DNA of 64,000 bases. Origin: Candidatus Latescibacterota bacterium (GTDB taxonomy: Bacteria > Latescibacterota > UBA2968 > GCA-2709665). The stretch spans positions 4,544,001 to 4,608,000 of the forward strand of contig OZ242358.1 of assembly GCA_965208835.1 (NCBI GenBank), written 5' to 3'. Numbering within the stretch: the stretch's first letter is position 1; every line of letters starts with the position of its first letter. This document shows, piece after piece, positions 9,718-19,274 of this stretch. The notes beneath the pieces were generated by a model. The model did not search any database and was not told the DNA's origin. It was given only the letters and a program-made list of their open reading frames with translations. Both the position numbers and the translations under genes were made by a program.

Positions 9718-10779
9718 TCAGCGGATCCGGCCGCGCGCGTGTACCGGCCACGTCGCTTCGACCATTCCGTTGCGGGTGGCGACCATGACGTCGTGTTCGT
9801 TGACGCACGGACAGGGGTGAACCGGAAGCACCTGCACTCGCTCGCCGATCTCCGGTTTGACCGCGCATTGGGAGATGTCCACGTGGCCGTGCTCTTCGGA
9901 CGCGACTCCGATGAGCGCGTCGGGGTATTCGACGATATGTCCCATGCTGTCTCCCCGTTCCGTCTTGTAGATGGATGCGCTTAACGACTTGCTTCCCGCA
10001 TCCAGGAACATGCGGTCCCCGGTAGGCCTGCTCACGACGGTCGTGATCACGCGGAGCGCGCACTGATCCACGGTGTGCCGGCCTTCGGCCAGGTGCATGG
10101 CGCCGCCTACGGGGTATTCGCCGGCGCGGTACTCGGTGAGTTCGGGGATCTTGTGAGCGTCCAGCGCATGGGGGGTGCCGCCGCCGCTCACGACGTCGCG
10201 AGGCAGGCCGGCCCTGTCGAACAGGTCGATGGTTTCCTGTATGAGCGGTCTGGAATCGGGCGGCGTGGGAAAGCCCATGAATCCCCTGAGTTCCAGGCCG
10301 GGAAGATCGTGGACGAGTTTCGCCAGCTCGGCGGCCTCCCGAGGCGTGGGAACGCCCGTGCGTTCGAACCCCATTTCCACTTCGATCAGAATGCCGATGG
10401 AAACACCCTCGGAAGCGGCGGCACGGGAGAGTCCTCTGACGGTGAATTCGGAGTCCGGGGCGAGTGTTATCGGCAGTCGTTTCGCCAGGGCCGTAAGCCG
10501 TTCGAGTTTCCGGGCGCCCATGATGTTGTAGGGAATCAGCAGGTCGGTGTGGATGCCACCCGCCGCCAGGACTTCCGCTTCGCCGAGTTTCTGGCAGGTG
10601 AGGCCGATTGCGCCGTGATTCAGTTGCATCTGTGCGACGGCCAGGTTCTTGTGGGTCTTGATGTGGGGACGGAATCCGATGCCGTGTTCTTCGAAGTAGC
10701 CGTGGTATCGCTTCAGGTTTTCTTCAAGTGCGTCCAGGTTGATGACAAGGACAGGCGTGTCCAGTTCTTCAATGCGCAT
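9718..10779 (-). CDS. DSD1/D-threonine aldolase family PLP-dependent enzyme (fold type III)
   Basis: LDTPVLVI...RPHIKTHK...SGGGTP...EYRAG...DAGSKSL...SEEHG...PVHPC motifs. Confidence 0.9.
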   Translation of the reverse strand: MRIEELDTPVLVINLDALEENLKRYHGYFEEHGIGFRPHIKTHKNLAVAQMQLNHGAIGLTCQKLGEAEVLAAGGIHTDLLIPYNIMGARKLERLTALAKRLPITLAPDSEFTVRGLSRAAASEGVSIGILIEVEMGFERTGVPTPREAAELAKLVHDLPGLELRGFMGFPTPPDSRPLIQETIDLFDRAGLPRDVVSGGGTPHALDAHKIPELTEYRAGEYPVGGAMHLAEGRHTVDQCALRVITTVVSRPTGDRMFLDAGSKSLSASIYKTERGDSMGHIVEYPDALIGVASEEHGHVDISQCAVKPEIGERVQVLPVHPCPCVNEHDVMVATRNGMVEATWPVHARGRIR

Positions 10780-11107
10780 GCAGGTCTCCTTCGCCGTAAG
10801 TCGTCGCTTTGACTGCAGTGCCATTAAATAGCTTGCGCGGCGGCACGGGTCAAGGGATTTCGAAAGGGGAGCCGGCGTGAACGCTTTTCGCTTGACACGC
10901 GTCGCCTCCGGCCCAAAGTTTAGTGCGAATAACAGACGTCATAAGGTTCACGGTACCGTACATACGGATGCCCCGTCGAGAAGACCGACCGGCGTTGGTG
11001 TGACTGTGAACTGTTGACCCGGAACGGCAGGTTGGATAGTTTTCCATGGAACGGTCAACATTGTTTACGAAACGTCCAAACAAGATACCGGTTCGCGGAG
11101 CAAGGCT

Positions 11108-13570
11108 ATGAAAAACCAAATCCGTCGTTGCAGCCCCTGCCGTCCGGGCCGACTGTGCGTCTGGTTGTGGGTTCTCGCTGTTGCCCTGGCGTCTGAGACA
11201 CCTGCGGCTGAGGAGTCCCGTCCCACCGTTCGTCCGGCCGCGCGTGACTCGCTGGAATCCGCCGCCGAACGGCACGTGCATTCGGGCGCTTACAGGGAAG
11301 CCGCCGAAATTCTCGGCCGGCTTGTCGAAGCGTTTCCGGACGACGTCAATCTCCTGACGCGACAGGGGTACGCCCTGTTGAAAGCGGAAGATTTCGAATC
11401 CGCCATCATTGCGTTCGAATCGGCGAAGAAGCTCGATTCGGACCTTCCGGGCACCTACGTGGGGCTCGGGCTCGCCAGATTACGAAACTCGGGAAGGGGC
11501 CTGGAGGCGTTTTTCAATTTTCGCCAGGCCGTGGGTGAAGCGAGGTCCGCCATCGAGATCAACGCGGCTTACGGGCCGGCATACCGGCTCCTGGGGGAGG
11601 CCTATGGACGGTTTGAAGAAGACCACGAAAAGGCCCTGGGCTATTACACGACCTACATCGAACTGGAACCCGACAACCCCGAAGGACGCTACGAATTCGG
11701 ACTCTCGCTGGTCCAACTCGGGCAGTTTGACAAAATCGACGAACACATAACGCCCTTTATTGAAACGCACCCGTCGGAAAACCGGCTGCTCCCACTGGCC
11801 GCGCAGGCGCACTTCTACCTGGAACGGTTCGGACGGTCCCTGGAGCTCTTCGAGCGATATCTGCAGACGCTGGACCCCCCGGAGCGCGAACTCTTTAACG
11901 ATATCTCACTGGTCGCCTCCGCGGAGGAACTCGAAGCGTACCGGGCCGCCACGGAGGAGGAAAGGGTGACCTTCCTCAACAGGTTCTGGCTGAAGAGGGA
12001 CTCCGACATCCTGACGGCGATCAACGAACGGGTCATCGAGCACTATCGCCGGGTCTGGTACGCCCGGACCTTCTTCGCCGCCGCCGCCAGCCCCTGGGAC
12101 AAGAGAGGGGAGGTCTACATACGCTACGGACAGCCGGATTACCGGTCCCGATCCACGCGCAGGCAATTCGTGCAGAATCCGAAGGTCCAGGCCGTACGGG
12201 ACCGGATGGCGGTGGCGCTCTACGGCGACGAAGCCGCGCTGTTGACGTTTACAGGACCCGTGTTTCCGGTCAGGGCGAATCGCAGCCATCTGGAGGCCAC
12301 GCTCTTCGACCAGCGGGTCACCCCCGACGCAGCCGGCGCGACAACCGCTGACGACGACGTCGGCATTGACGCCTCCCAGGTTTCCGCACTGGCGGAAAAA
12401 GAACAGGATCCAATGGCGGCGATCAGGGAAAACAGCCGCTTCGACGAGTTCGGGGATCTGAATACCCGGCTTAATTTCGGCGGGTACGCCCCGATCACTC
12501 TGGACAACGAGGTCGGCACGGTGCCCTGGGAAACCTGGACGTACACGGGTATCGGAAACGGCATGGAAATCACGTTTACTGACGAACGGGGAACCGGAGC
12601 GTTCGACTTCGCGCCCATTCCGCCTCCATCGCTCGACACGGACGTGTCACGGCTGGCCCGATTCACCGAATACGCCCCGCGCGTCGTTTTTCGTAACGCG
12701 GTCTCCCGCATGCCCGACGTCTATCGCCCCAGGTTTCACCATCCCCCGCTGGATTTTTACTTCGATCTCGCCAGTTTCCGAGCTCCGGAGGGTGGGACCA
12801 CGCTGGAAGTCTACTACGGGATACCGGCCGCACAGGTGCAGGTCGGACAGAGACGCGATGTGTCGTACATCCAGGTCAAGTGCGCGCTCGCACTGGCCCC
12901 GGCGGATTACAGCGTTATCCATCGTACGTCTTCCAGTCGCGCCTACAGGGTCGCGAGCGATTTCAGTGGCGCACAGAAAGCGTTTATGCCGGAACTGCTC
13001 AAACTCCAGGTCCCGCCCGGGAAATACGACCTTCAGGTTCAGATCAAAGACCTGCTTTCCGGCCATAACGGCATATACCGGCAGACGGTGGACGTGAAGG
13101 AGTATCCCGATGACCGGCTTCGGATCAGCGATATTCAACTCGCCGCCACAATTGGCGAAACGAAGCTGCAGAAGCGATTTAAAAAGGGAGAAGTGTGGGT
13201 TGTGCCCATGCCGACGCGGAACTATCGGGGTGCCCAGCAGGTATATGCATACTACGAGATCTACAACCTGAAGAAGAATCGCTTCGGCCAGACCCGTTTC
13301 AAGGTCAAGTACGTTGTGCGGTACGTTTCGAAACCCATCCGCGGCGCGCTCGGATCCGTGGCGTCCGGTCTCCGCTCACTGTTCAAGAACAAGAGACCCT
13401 CGGTCTCGATTTCGTACGAACATGACGGTACCGAACCGAACGAACAGAGTTACCTGGAAATCGACCTCGACAAGGTCAAACACGGCGTGAACGTGCTTGA
13501 AGTCGAAATCAAGGACCTCGTCAGCGGCAGGAGCGAGGAACGCGAAATCCGCTTTCAGTACGGAGGTTGA
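11108..13570 (+). CDS. TPR + GWxTD-domain protein
   Basis: Signal peptide, N-terminal TPR-like helices, FWLKRDS....INE...EHYRRVWYA...PWDKRGEVYIRYGQPD core, C-terminal beta-sandwiches. Confidence 0.8.
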   Translation: MKNQIRRCSPCRPGRLCVWLWVLAVALASETPAAEESRPTVRPAARDSLESAAERHVHSGAYREAAEILGRLVEAFPDDVNLLTRQGYALLKAEDFESAIIAFESAKKLDSDLPGTYVGLGLARLRNSGRGLEAFFNFRQAVGEARSAIEINAAYGPAYRLLGEAYGRFEEDHEKALGYYTTYIELEPDNPEGRYEFGLSLVQLGQFDKIDEHITPFIETHPSENRLLPLAAQAHFYLERFGRSLELFERYLQTLDPPERELFNDISLVASAEELEAYRAATEEERVTFLNRFWLKRDSDILTAINERVIEHYRRVWYARTFFAAAASPWDKRGEVYIRYGQPDYRSRSTRRQFVQNPKVQAVRDRMAVALYGDEAALLTFTGPVFPVRANRSHLEATLFDQRVTPDAAGATTADDDVGIDASQVSALAEKEQDPMAAIRENSRFDEFGDLNTRLNFGGYAPITLDNEVGTVPWETWTYTGIGNGMEITFTDERGTGAFDFAPIPPPSLDTDVSRLARFTEYAPRVVFRNAVSRMPDVYRPRFHHPPLDFYFDLASFRAPEGGTTLEVYYGIPAAQVQVGQRRDVSYIQVKCALALAPADYSVIHRTSSSRAYRVASDFSGAQKAFMPELLKLQVPPGKYDLQVQIKDLLSGHNGIYRQTVDVKEYPDDRLRISDIQLAATIGETKLQKRFKKGEVWVVPMPTRNYRGAQQVYAYYEIYNLKKNRFGQTRFKVKYVVRYVSKPIRGALGSVASGLRSLFKNKRPSVSISYEHDGTEPNEQSYLEIDLDKVKHGVNVLEVEIKDLVSGRSEEREIRFQYGG

Positions 13571-13660
13571 GGGAGCGACCGCGCGTGAAAGGAACGGCAA
13601 GGTCCCGCTTCGCGGGCAAATTCCCGTTTCGGGAGTTTGTCTTACGGGTAACCGACGAGA

Positions 13661-14401
13661 ATGGAGATGAATCATCGCGTTGGATCCGCCTTGGTCGCAG
13701 CGATTGGCTTCGTTGCGCTTTTCTCAGAACGGGAAACGCCGGCGCAGGTCGCCGGGTTCGACCCGGAAGCCCTGGCGAAGCAGTTCGTGGGCTACGACGT
13801 CTCCAGAAACGCGGGAAAGGGGTATTCCGAGAGCGCGAGTTTGGCTACGCTGGCGTGGGGTGAAAGCTATCTGCTGAACGCCTACGTCAAGATGTACCGG
13901 TCGACCCGGAACACGCGGTGGCTGGATAAGATCGTGGACCACTTCGACCGGATGGTCGCCAATATGAGCGACCACGACGGCGACGGGATCCCCGGGTGGC
14001 ACACGGACCGGTATTCCGTGTCGCGGATGCGGGCCGAATCGCTGCACAATCGGGGAATGGCGTCCATAAGGCCGTTAGAGGCCACCGTCAGGAATATACA
14101 ACAGGCCCACGAGGCGATCGACGCGGAGTTCATCATCGAACGGGTCGCTTCGAACCGGTACGTGGTACGGGACCTCACCCACGGAAACGTGGTCTATGAC
14201 GGCCCGTATTCTCTGGGTCAGAACATCCCCGGCATTCCGGGTTTCGAACTGCGCCTGGACAGAATCCCCGAAATCGGAGACAGGTTCCGCGTGGAGACGT
14301 GGGCCGTGCGCCCCCTGGAATACGCCGTTCACGAGGGGATGATCCTGTACCCCATCGTGCAGTTTATCGAACTGGCCCTGAGTGCGGTTGCTGTTAAGTA
14401 A
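13661..14401 (+). pseudogene. Secreted alpha/alpha-toroid-type protein, probably C-terminally truncated
   Basis: Signal peptide; LAWGESYLLNAYVKMYRSTRNTRWLD helical motif. The ORF ends abruptly after VHEGMILYPIVQF, at a point where sequence character changes. Confidence 0.5.
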
Positions 14402-14438
14402 ATGCGTCGGGACACCACCAATGTCCCTATTGACACGC

Positions 14439-14463
14439 GGGCAACCACACGGATTGCCCCTAC
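14439..14463 (-). repeat. GTAG-type REP hairpin
   Basis: Minus strand GTAGGGGCAATCCGTGTGGTTGCCC: a GTAG tetranucleotide followed by a GGGCAA/TTGCCC stem. Confidence 0.55.
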
Positions 14464-14549
14464 AAATCCGAATTCAGCGCGTCCGGTGGCGTCAGAGATG
14501 TATTTTCAGAACACCAGACAAGAAACCGGCGATTCAGGAGCGTTCTGCG

Positions 14550-15689
14550 GTGCCGATATTTGAACTTCCAGGGGGGCGTCTTTCGTTACGGACTTTTGGC
14601 CGGTTGGCCTGGCTCTGCGCAAGGATAGCCGCCGGCGTCGCCGTCGTCGTCGTACCGTTCGGTTACGCGATCACCGGCGTGCACAAGGACGTCCTCATGG
14701 GGGCGGGTTCCGGGCTCGCGTTCGGCATCGGCATCGGCCTGCGCATGGGCCATCGCGCCGGTCTGTCCACTGGCATCCTGATCGGTACGGTGGCTGGGCT
14801 CATCACGGCGCTTCTGGCAGGCATCATTCCCCAGGACGGCACACTCTTCATCGTTCCGCCGGTCGTCGCGCTCGCCGTGGGTCTGGTCGACGGCATCTCG
14901 CCCACGGTCCGGCACGGATACCGGCGCGCCGTCCTCGAGTCCCTGACGATGTCCGTCCTTCTCGGACTGGGTCTGCTGCCCGGACTCGGTCGGGCCGGAT
15001 TGATATCCTCTCTCATGGTCATGCCGCCCACAGCCCTGATCGTTGGCTCGTACGGGCAAATCGCCGCCAGGCGTCCTTTCCGTCCGCCGGTGTTGCTGAT
15101 ACTTGGTTCCGTGGCGATGTGGGCTCTGGTTGGCTTCCTTGTTGCGAGCGAATTGGCAAGGGGCTCGTCCGTAAGGATTCACGGCGTTCCGATAAGTCCC
15201 ACTCAGCTCGCTACAGTCTCTATCGTCGTTTTCATGATCATCGTACCGATCGCCGCGTTCCTGGCTGGACGGGCTGCCGCGATGTGGATTCAGCCCCGGC
15301 TCCGGGTTTACAGGCAACTCACCGAGTACCTGAGGGTGATGTGGGTGCCCATCGGGAGCTTTGCCATCGGGTACCTGACGCTCATCGTCCTGTTCGCCGG
15401 CTTCTACGGCATGCTGGGACGTTTCAGCCAGGACGCGTTCTCGGGGGACGGCGCCGCATCCGGTATCGTCGACTGGATTGCGTTCTCTTTCTTTACCTCT
15501 CTGGCAAGGGACTACTCGGAAATCGTTCCTCAGTCCCTTTCGGCGCGGGCGCTGGTCGCCGGCCACCTCGTCCTTTCCATCGGGTGGGGCCTGGTCGTGT
15601 TCGCCGCCGTGATGTCCTACCTTCAGCCGCAGATTGAGCGGATCGCAAAGCGGGAGAACGCGGACGGCGACGAACCCGCGTCGACCTGA
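14550..15689 (+). CDS. Multi-pass membrane protein with C-terminal two-TM ion-channel-like (Ion_trans_2) domain
   Basis: GTG start after CAGGAG; many Gly-rich TM helices. YLTLIVLFAGFY...WIAFSFFTSLARDYSEIVPQSLSARALV fits the TM-pore-TM layout. Confidence 0.65.
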   Translation: MPIFELPGGRLSLRTFGRLAWLCARIAAGVAVVVVPFGYAITGVHKDVLMGAGSGLAFGIGIGLRMGHRAGLSTGILIGTVAGLITALLAGIIPQDGTLFIVPPVVALAVGLVDGISPTVRHGYRRAVLESLTMSVLLGLGLLPGLGRAGLISSLMVMPPTALIVGSYGQIAARRPFRPPVLLILGSVAMWALVGFLVASELARGSSVRIHGVPISPTQLATVSIVVFMIIVPIAAFLAGRAAAMWIQPRLRVYRQLTEYLRVMWVPIGSFAIGYLTLIVLFAGFYGMLGRFSQDAFSGDGAASGIVDWIAFSFFTSLARDYSEIVPQSLSARALVAGHLVLSIGWGLVVFAAVMSYLQPQIERIAKRENADGDEPAST

Positions 15690-15703
15690 CTGGCGCGTGA
15701 AGC

Positions 15704-18154
15704 ATGACACGGAGGAAAGCAATGTTGAAACTGAGGGTTTTGCAGATCGCGGCGAACCGCGTACGGTTGGGGGTGGATCTCGCGGGTCTCCCCGGAGCCC
15801 GGATATACCGTTCGCGACGGGCGTCCGGCCCCTATGAAGAAGTCGGGGTGGCGTTCGAGGAGACGTACGACGATACGATTAACCTGGAGCCGGGCAGGAC
15901 CTATTTCTATCAGGCGATGGAGTGGCGGGCGCCCAGCCTGTATCCGGATGCCGGCAGCATAAAAGGCGGGACCCCGATTCGCGTCGCGGTGCCCCGTGCG
16001 CAGAAGGAAAAGCGTTTCGAGCTGTCGGAAACCCGCGAGGAATTCACGATATCGATGGGCGGTTACCTGGATGAATCCAATTCGGTCACCGTGGGCCCGG
16101 AAGTCTACTGTCCCGGTCCGAATTCGAGCATGCCGCCGTACGACCAGATCTTCGAACCGAACCAATACGTCGTCATCGAGAACCGGGGAGAGACGGACGT
16201 GGTGAACCCGTGGGTGGTGGCCAACGGCCGGCGGGACTGGTGGTCCGTGGAGACAATGACGGAAGAAATCGCGGGCATCGCCGGAGGGGGCAGCGTGAGC
16301 GACCAGGACAAGATGATGGCGGTCTGGAAATTCGTGGTTGACGAACTCTACGACAGCCGGATCGGATTGTCCTGGTTCGACCAGACCAGCGACCCGGTCA
16401 GGCTCTTCAACGTCTACGGCTTCGAGGGCTGCGTGGCCAACGCCATCACCAGCCGGCGCCTGGCGGAGCAGATGGGCGTGAAGAGCCGGGAAATCTGGCT
16501 GGGCGGGACCATCGATGGTTACGGTCGCGGGCGCAGCTGCGGACACGATATCTTCGAGGCGTTCGCGGACGGCGCGTGGCATTTTCTGGATACGGACCTG
16601 ATGGTGTTCTTTCTGAATCGCGACAACACCACGGTTGCCGGCTCCGGGGACCTGGCGCGGGATATCGACCTGCTGCGCCGCTCCCACCGCAACCTGGGCC
16701 TGTGCGGGCGAGACCTGCCCGAGAAGGACTATTACTATACGCCCTTCCGGGAAGGCCAGTACGTCTATCCGCCCAACAAGGGCGGCGCCTGGATGGACGC
16801 CGCGGGAAAGATAAATCAGACGCCCGGGGAATTCCCGACTGCACGGACCATGGCATTGCGGCTGCGACCAGGCGAGAAACTCGTCCGCTACTGGGACAAC
16901 GTCGGAAAGAACGTGATCCGGGGGCGGCGCCTCTATCCGACCGTTCGCTATTCCAACGGGAAGCTGGCCTACCGGCCCGATCTGCGCAGCCCGCTCGCAT
17001 TGAACGGGACAGAATCGGCGCGTAACGTCGCACAGGAAACGTCCGGCAGACGCGTCGCGCTGCATCCGGAGAAGCAGGGCGAGGTATCGGAGGTGGTGTG
17101 GCGGGTGGCGTCGCCCTACGCGATTGCCGGGGCGCGGGTGGGTATCCGGTGTCGATGCGACACGCAGGAAGACGGCCTGGAAGTGCTGCTTTCCAAGGAC
17201 GGAGAGGAGTGGCGGTCCGTGTGGGTCGCCATCGGACGGCGGCTGGACGCCAGCGTGGACCTGGACTGGTACCTGAATCCCGCGCTGAACGACTGGCGCG
17301 GCGAAAAAGACCTCGGATGGCGGATGGGGCCGTGTTATCAATACTATATCAAGGTGGCCATGTGGGCGGGGTCCCGGCCTCACGGGGTGGGCCTGGACGC
17401 AATCCGTTTCGATACGGATATCCAGTGCGCCACGCGGTCCCTTCCTTCGCTGTTCTGTGGCGAAAATACGATCGCATACCGGGACGACACCCCGGGGCAC
17501 AGAAACGTGCGGGTGACGTACGGATGGCGGGAGGAGCGATCCATCCGCCCGCCGGGCGCGCCCGGGCTGGTATACCCTCAGGATGAGTCGGACGTCGACT
17601 GTCTGGATTTCGAATTCCGCTGGAAGCGCCCGCGAGGGGGTACCGGAAAGGTGGACGATTACCACGTCCAGGTCAGCCGGTACGCTGATTTCAGATGGTG
17701 CGTATGCCCCGCGTTCAACCGCTACGTGGGAAGGACCGCATACGCGGGCGGGACGAAATGGCAGGCGGAGTTTCCGAATCTCCTGAATCCCGATGAAGTC
17801 TATTACTGGCGCGTGCGGGCCCGGAACGAAAGGGGCGTGTGGGGAGACTGGAGCGAAGTGCGGTCCTTCGTGCCCCACGGTCCGAGTCTGCCGGCGGACC
17901 TCAGGGTGGAGGGCCGCGGCGGAAAGCGATCATTGGCGTGGTCCGCGAATCCAGGCGGGAACCCGGCGGTGCGCTATCGGGTTCACGGGTCCCCGGAGCC
18001 CGGCGGATTCTCCGCGACGGATGAGAATCTGCTCGGTGCCGTTGGCGAAGCCCGCTGGCCGTTGAACGATGTGGAGAAGGGGATGTCCTATCGGGTCGTG
18101 GCGGTGGATGCCAGCGGCGTCCCGAGTACGCCGTCGGAATACATAACGGTGTGA
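15704..18154 (+). CDS. Transglutaminase-like domain protein with C-terminal FN3-like domains
   Basis: GFEGCVANA...GHDIFEAFADGAWHFLDTD Cys-His-Asp pattern; FN3 signatures YYWRVRARNERGVWGDWS and YRVVAVDASG. Confidence 0.7.
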   Translation: MTRRKAMLKLRVLQIAANRVRLGVDLAGLPGARIYRSRRASGPYEEVGVAFEETYDDTINLEPGRTYFYQAMEWRAPSLYPDAGSIKGGTPIRVAVPRAQKEKRFELSETREEFTISMGGYLDESNSVTVGPEVYCPGPNSSMPPYDQIFEPNQYVVIENRGETDVVNPWVVANGRRDWWSVETMTEEIAGIAGGGSVSDQDKMMAVWKFVVDELYDSRIGLSWFDQTSDPVRLFNVYGFEGCVANAITSRRLAEQMGVKSREIWLGGTIDGYGRGRSCGHDIFEAFADGAWHFLDTDLMVFFLNRDNTTVAGSGDLARDIDLLRRSHRNLGLCGRDLPEKDYYYTPFREGQYVYPPNKGGAWMDAAGKINQTPGEFPTARTMALRLRPGEKLVRYWDNVGKNVIRGRRLYPTVRYSNGKLAYRPDLRSPLALNGTESARNVAQETSGRRVALHPEKQGEVSEVVWRVASPYAIAGARVGIRCRCDTQEDGLEVLLSKDGEEWRSVWVAIGRRLDASVDLDWYLNPALNDWRGEKDLGWRMGPCYQYYIKVAMWAGSRPHGVGLDAIRFDTDIQCATRSLPSLFCGENTIAYRDDTPGHRNVRVTYGWREERSIRPPGAPGLVYPQDESDVDCLDFEFRWKRPRGGTGKVDDYHVQVSRYADFRWCVCPAFNRYVGRTAYAGGTKWQAEFPNLLNPDEVYYWRVRARNERGVWGDWSEVRSFVPHGPSLPADLRVEGRGGKRSLAWSANPGGNPAVRYRVHGSPEPGGFSATDENLLGAVGEARWPLNDVEKGMSYRVVAVDASGVPSTPSEYITV

Positions 18155-18210
18155 GCCCAATCCAACTTTCTCGCTGAAGTCCGTCTCAACTGACTCAATG
18201 GGGGATACGT

Positions 18211-19260
18211 ATGTCCGAACGTGAATACAGCGCGGTTATCGTGGGTCTGACGGGTATCGGGGCCAGGCGTCCTGCTGAAGCCGAGGGTCTGCCTTTATAC
18301 GGCGCCATGCCCATGTCGCACGCCTCGGCCTATTACCGTACTCCGCAGACTCGGCTGACCGCTGTCTGCGACCTCCGCGAGGAGGCGCTGGACGGTTTCC
18401 GGGAGAGTTGGAAAGACGTGTGGCCCGAAATGCGCTACTATCTGGATTATCGGGAGATGCTGGAAGCCGAAAACCCCGATCTGGTGAGCGTTGCGACGTC
18501 CGACCACCGCCACGCCGATATCGTGGTGGACGCGGCCGAGCGCGGTACGGCCGCGATTCTCTGCGAAAAACCGCTTGCAACCACGCTCGAAGACGCCGAC
18601 AGGATGATTGCGGCAACCGAAGCGAACGGGACCGTTCTTTCCGTGGACCACTCCCGGCGGTGGTACCCGCAATACCTCAAGGCGCGCGAGATCCTCCGCA
18701 GCGGCGAGATCGGACCGCTCCGCACCGTCGGGTGCGAGATGTTCGGTCCGCGCTCGATGCTGTTCCGCAACGGGACGCACGCCCTGGATACGGTCTGCTT
18801 TCTCGCCGACGGAGACCCGCTCTGGCTGGTGGCGGATCTGGAGGACGGGTTCGAACATTTCACGGAATATCGGGGCGGCGGAGGGAAGGACTCCGCGAGC
18901 GATCCCTACGCCTCGGCTTACATCCGGTTCGGAAACGGCGTAAGGGCTTTTTACAACTCCTTCAAGACCGCGTTTTCCGGCTGGCGGTTCGTCATGACGT
19001 GCGAGGACGGGCGGGTGGAAGCCACCGATACGTCCGCGAGACTGATCCGCGGCGGCACCTTCGAGACTTCCGAGATCGTCACGGAGCACTACATGATGCA
19101 CTCCAAGGGCGCCCTGGTGGCGGAACTGGTGCATCTGCTGGAACACGGCGGAGACCCGGTGTCTCCCGCGAGGGAGGCGAGAAAGTCGCTGGAGGTCATC
19201 CTGGGCATCCTGAAATCGCACCACGCCGGCAACACGCGCGTCGACTTTCCCCTGTCCTGA
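18211..19260 (+). CDS. Gfo/Idh/MocA oxidoreductase
   Basis: VGLTGIG, VATSDHRH, LCEKPLA, NGTHALD. Confidence 0.9.
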   Translation: MSEREYSAVIVGLTGIGARRPAEAEGLPLYGAMPMSHASAYYRTPQTRLTAVCDLREEALDGFRESWKDVWPEMRYYLDYREMLEAENPDLVSVATSDHRHADIVVDAAERGTAAILCEKPLATTLEDADRMIAATEANGTVLSVDHSRRWYPQYLKAREILRSGEIGPLRTVGCEMFGPRSMLFRNGTHALDTVCFLADGDPLWLVADLEDGFEHFTEYRGGGGKDSASDPYASAYIRFGNGVRAFYNSFKTAFSGWRFVMTCEDGRVEATDTSARLIRGGTFETSEIVTEHYMMHSKGALVAELVHLLEHGGDPVSPAREARKSLEVILGILKSHHAGNTRVDFPLS

Positions 19261-19274
19261 GGAGTACATCTGTA

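Noticed and set aside
18408-19274. 721-aa ORF overlapping the Gfo gene
   Set aside because: The upstream part is an Arg-rich alternate frame; the real gene starts at 19275 after GAGGAG.
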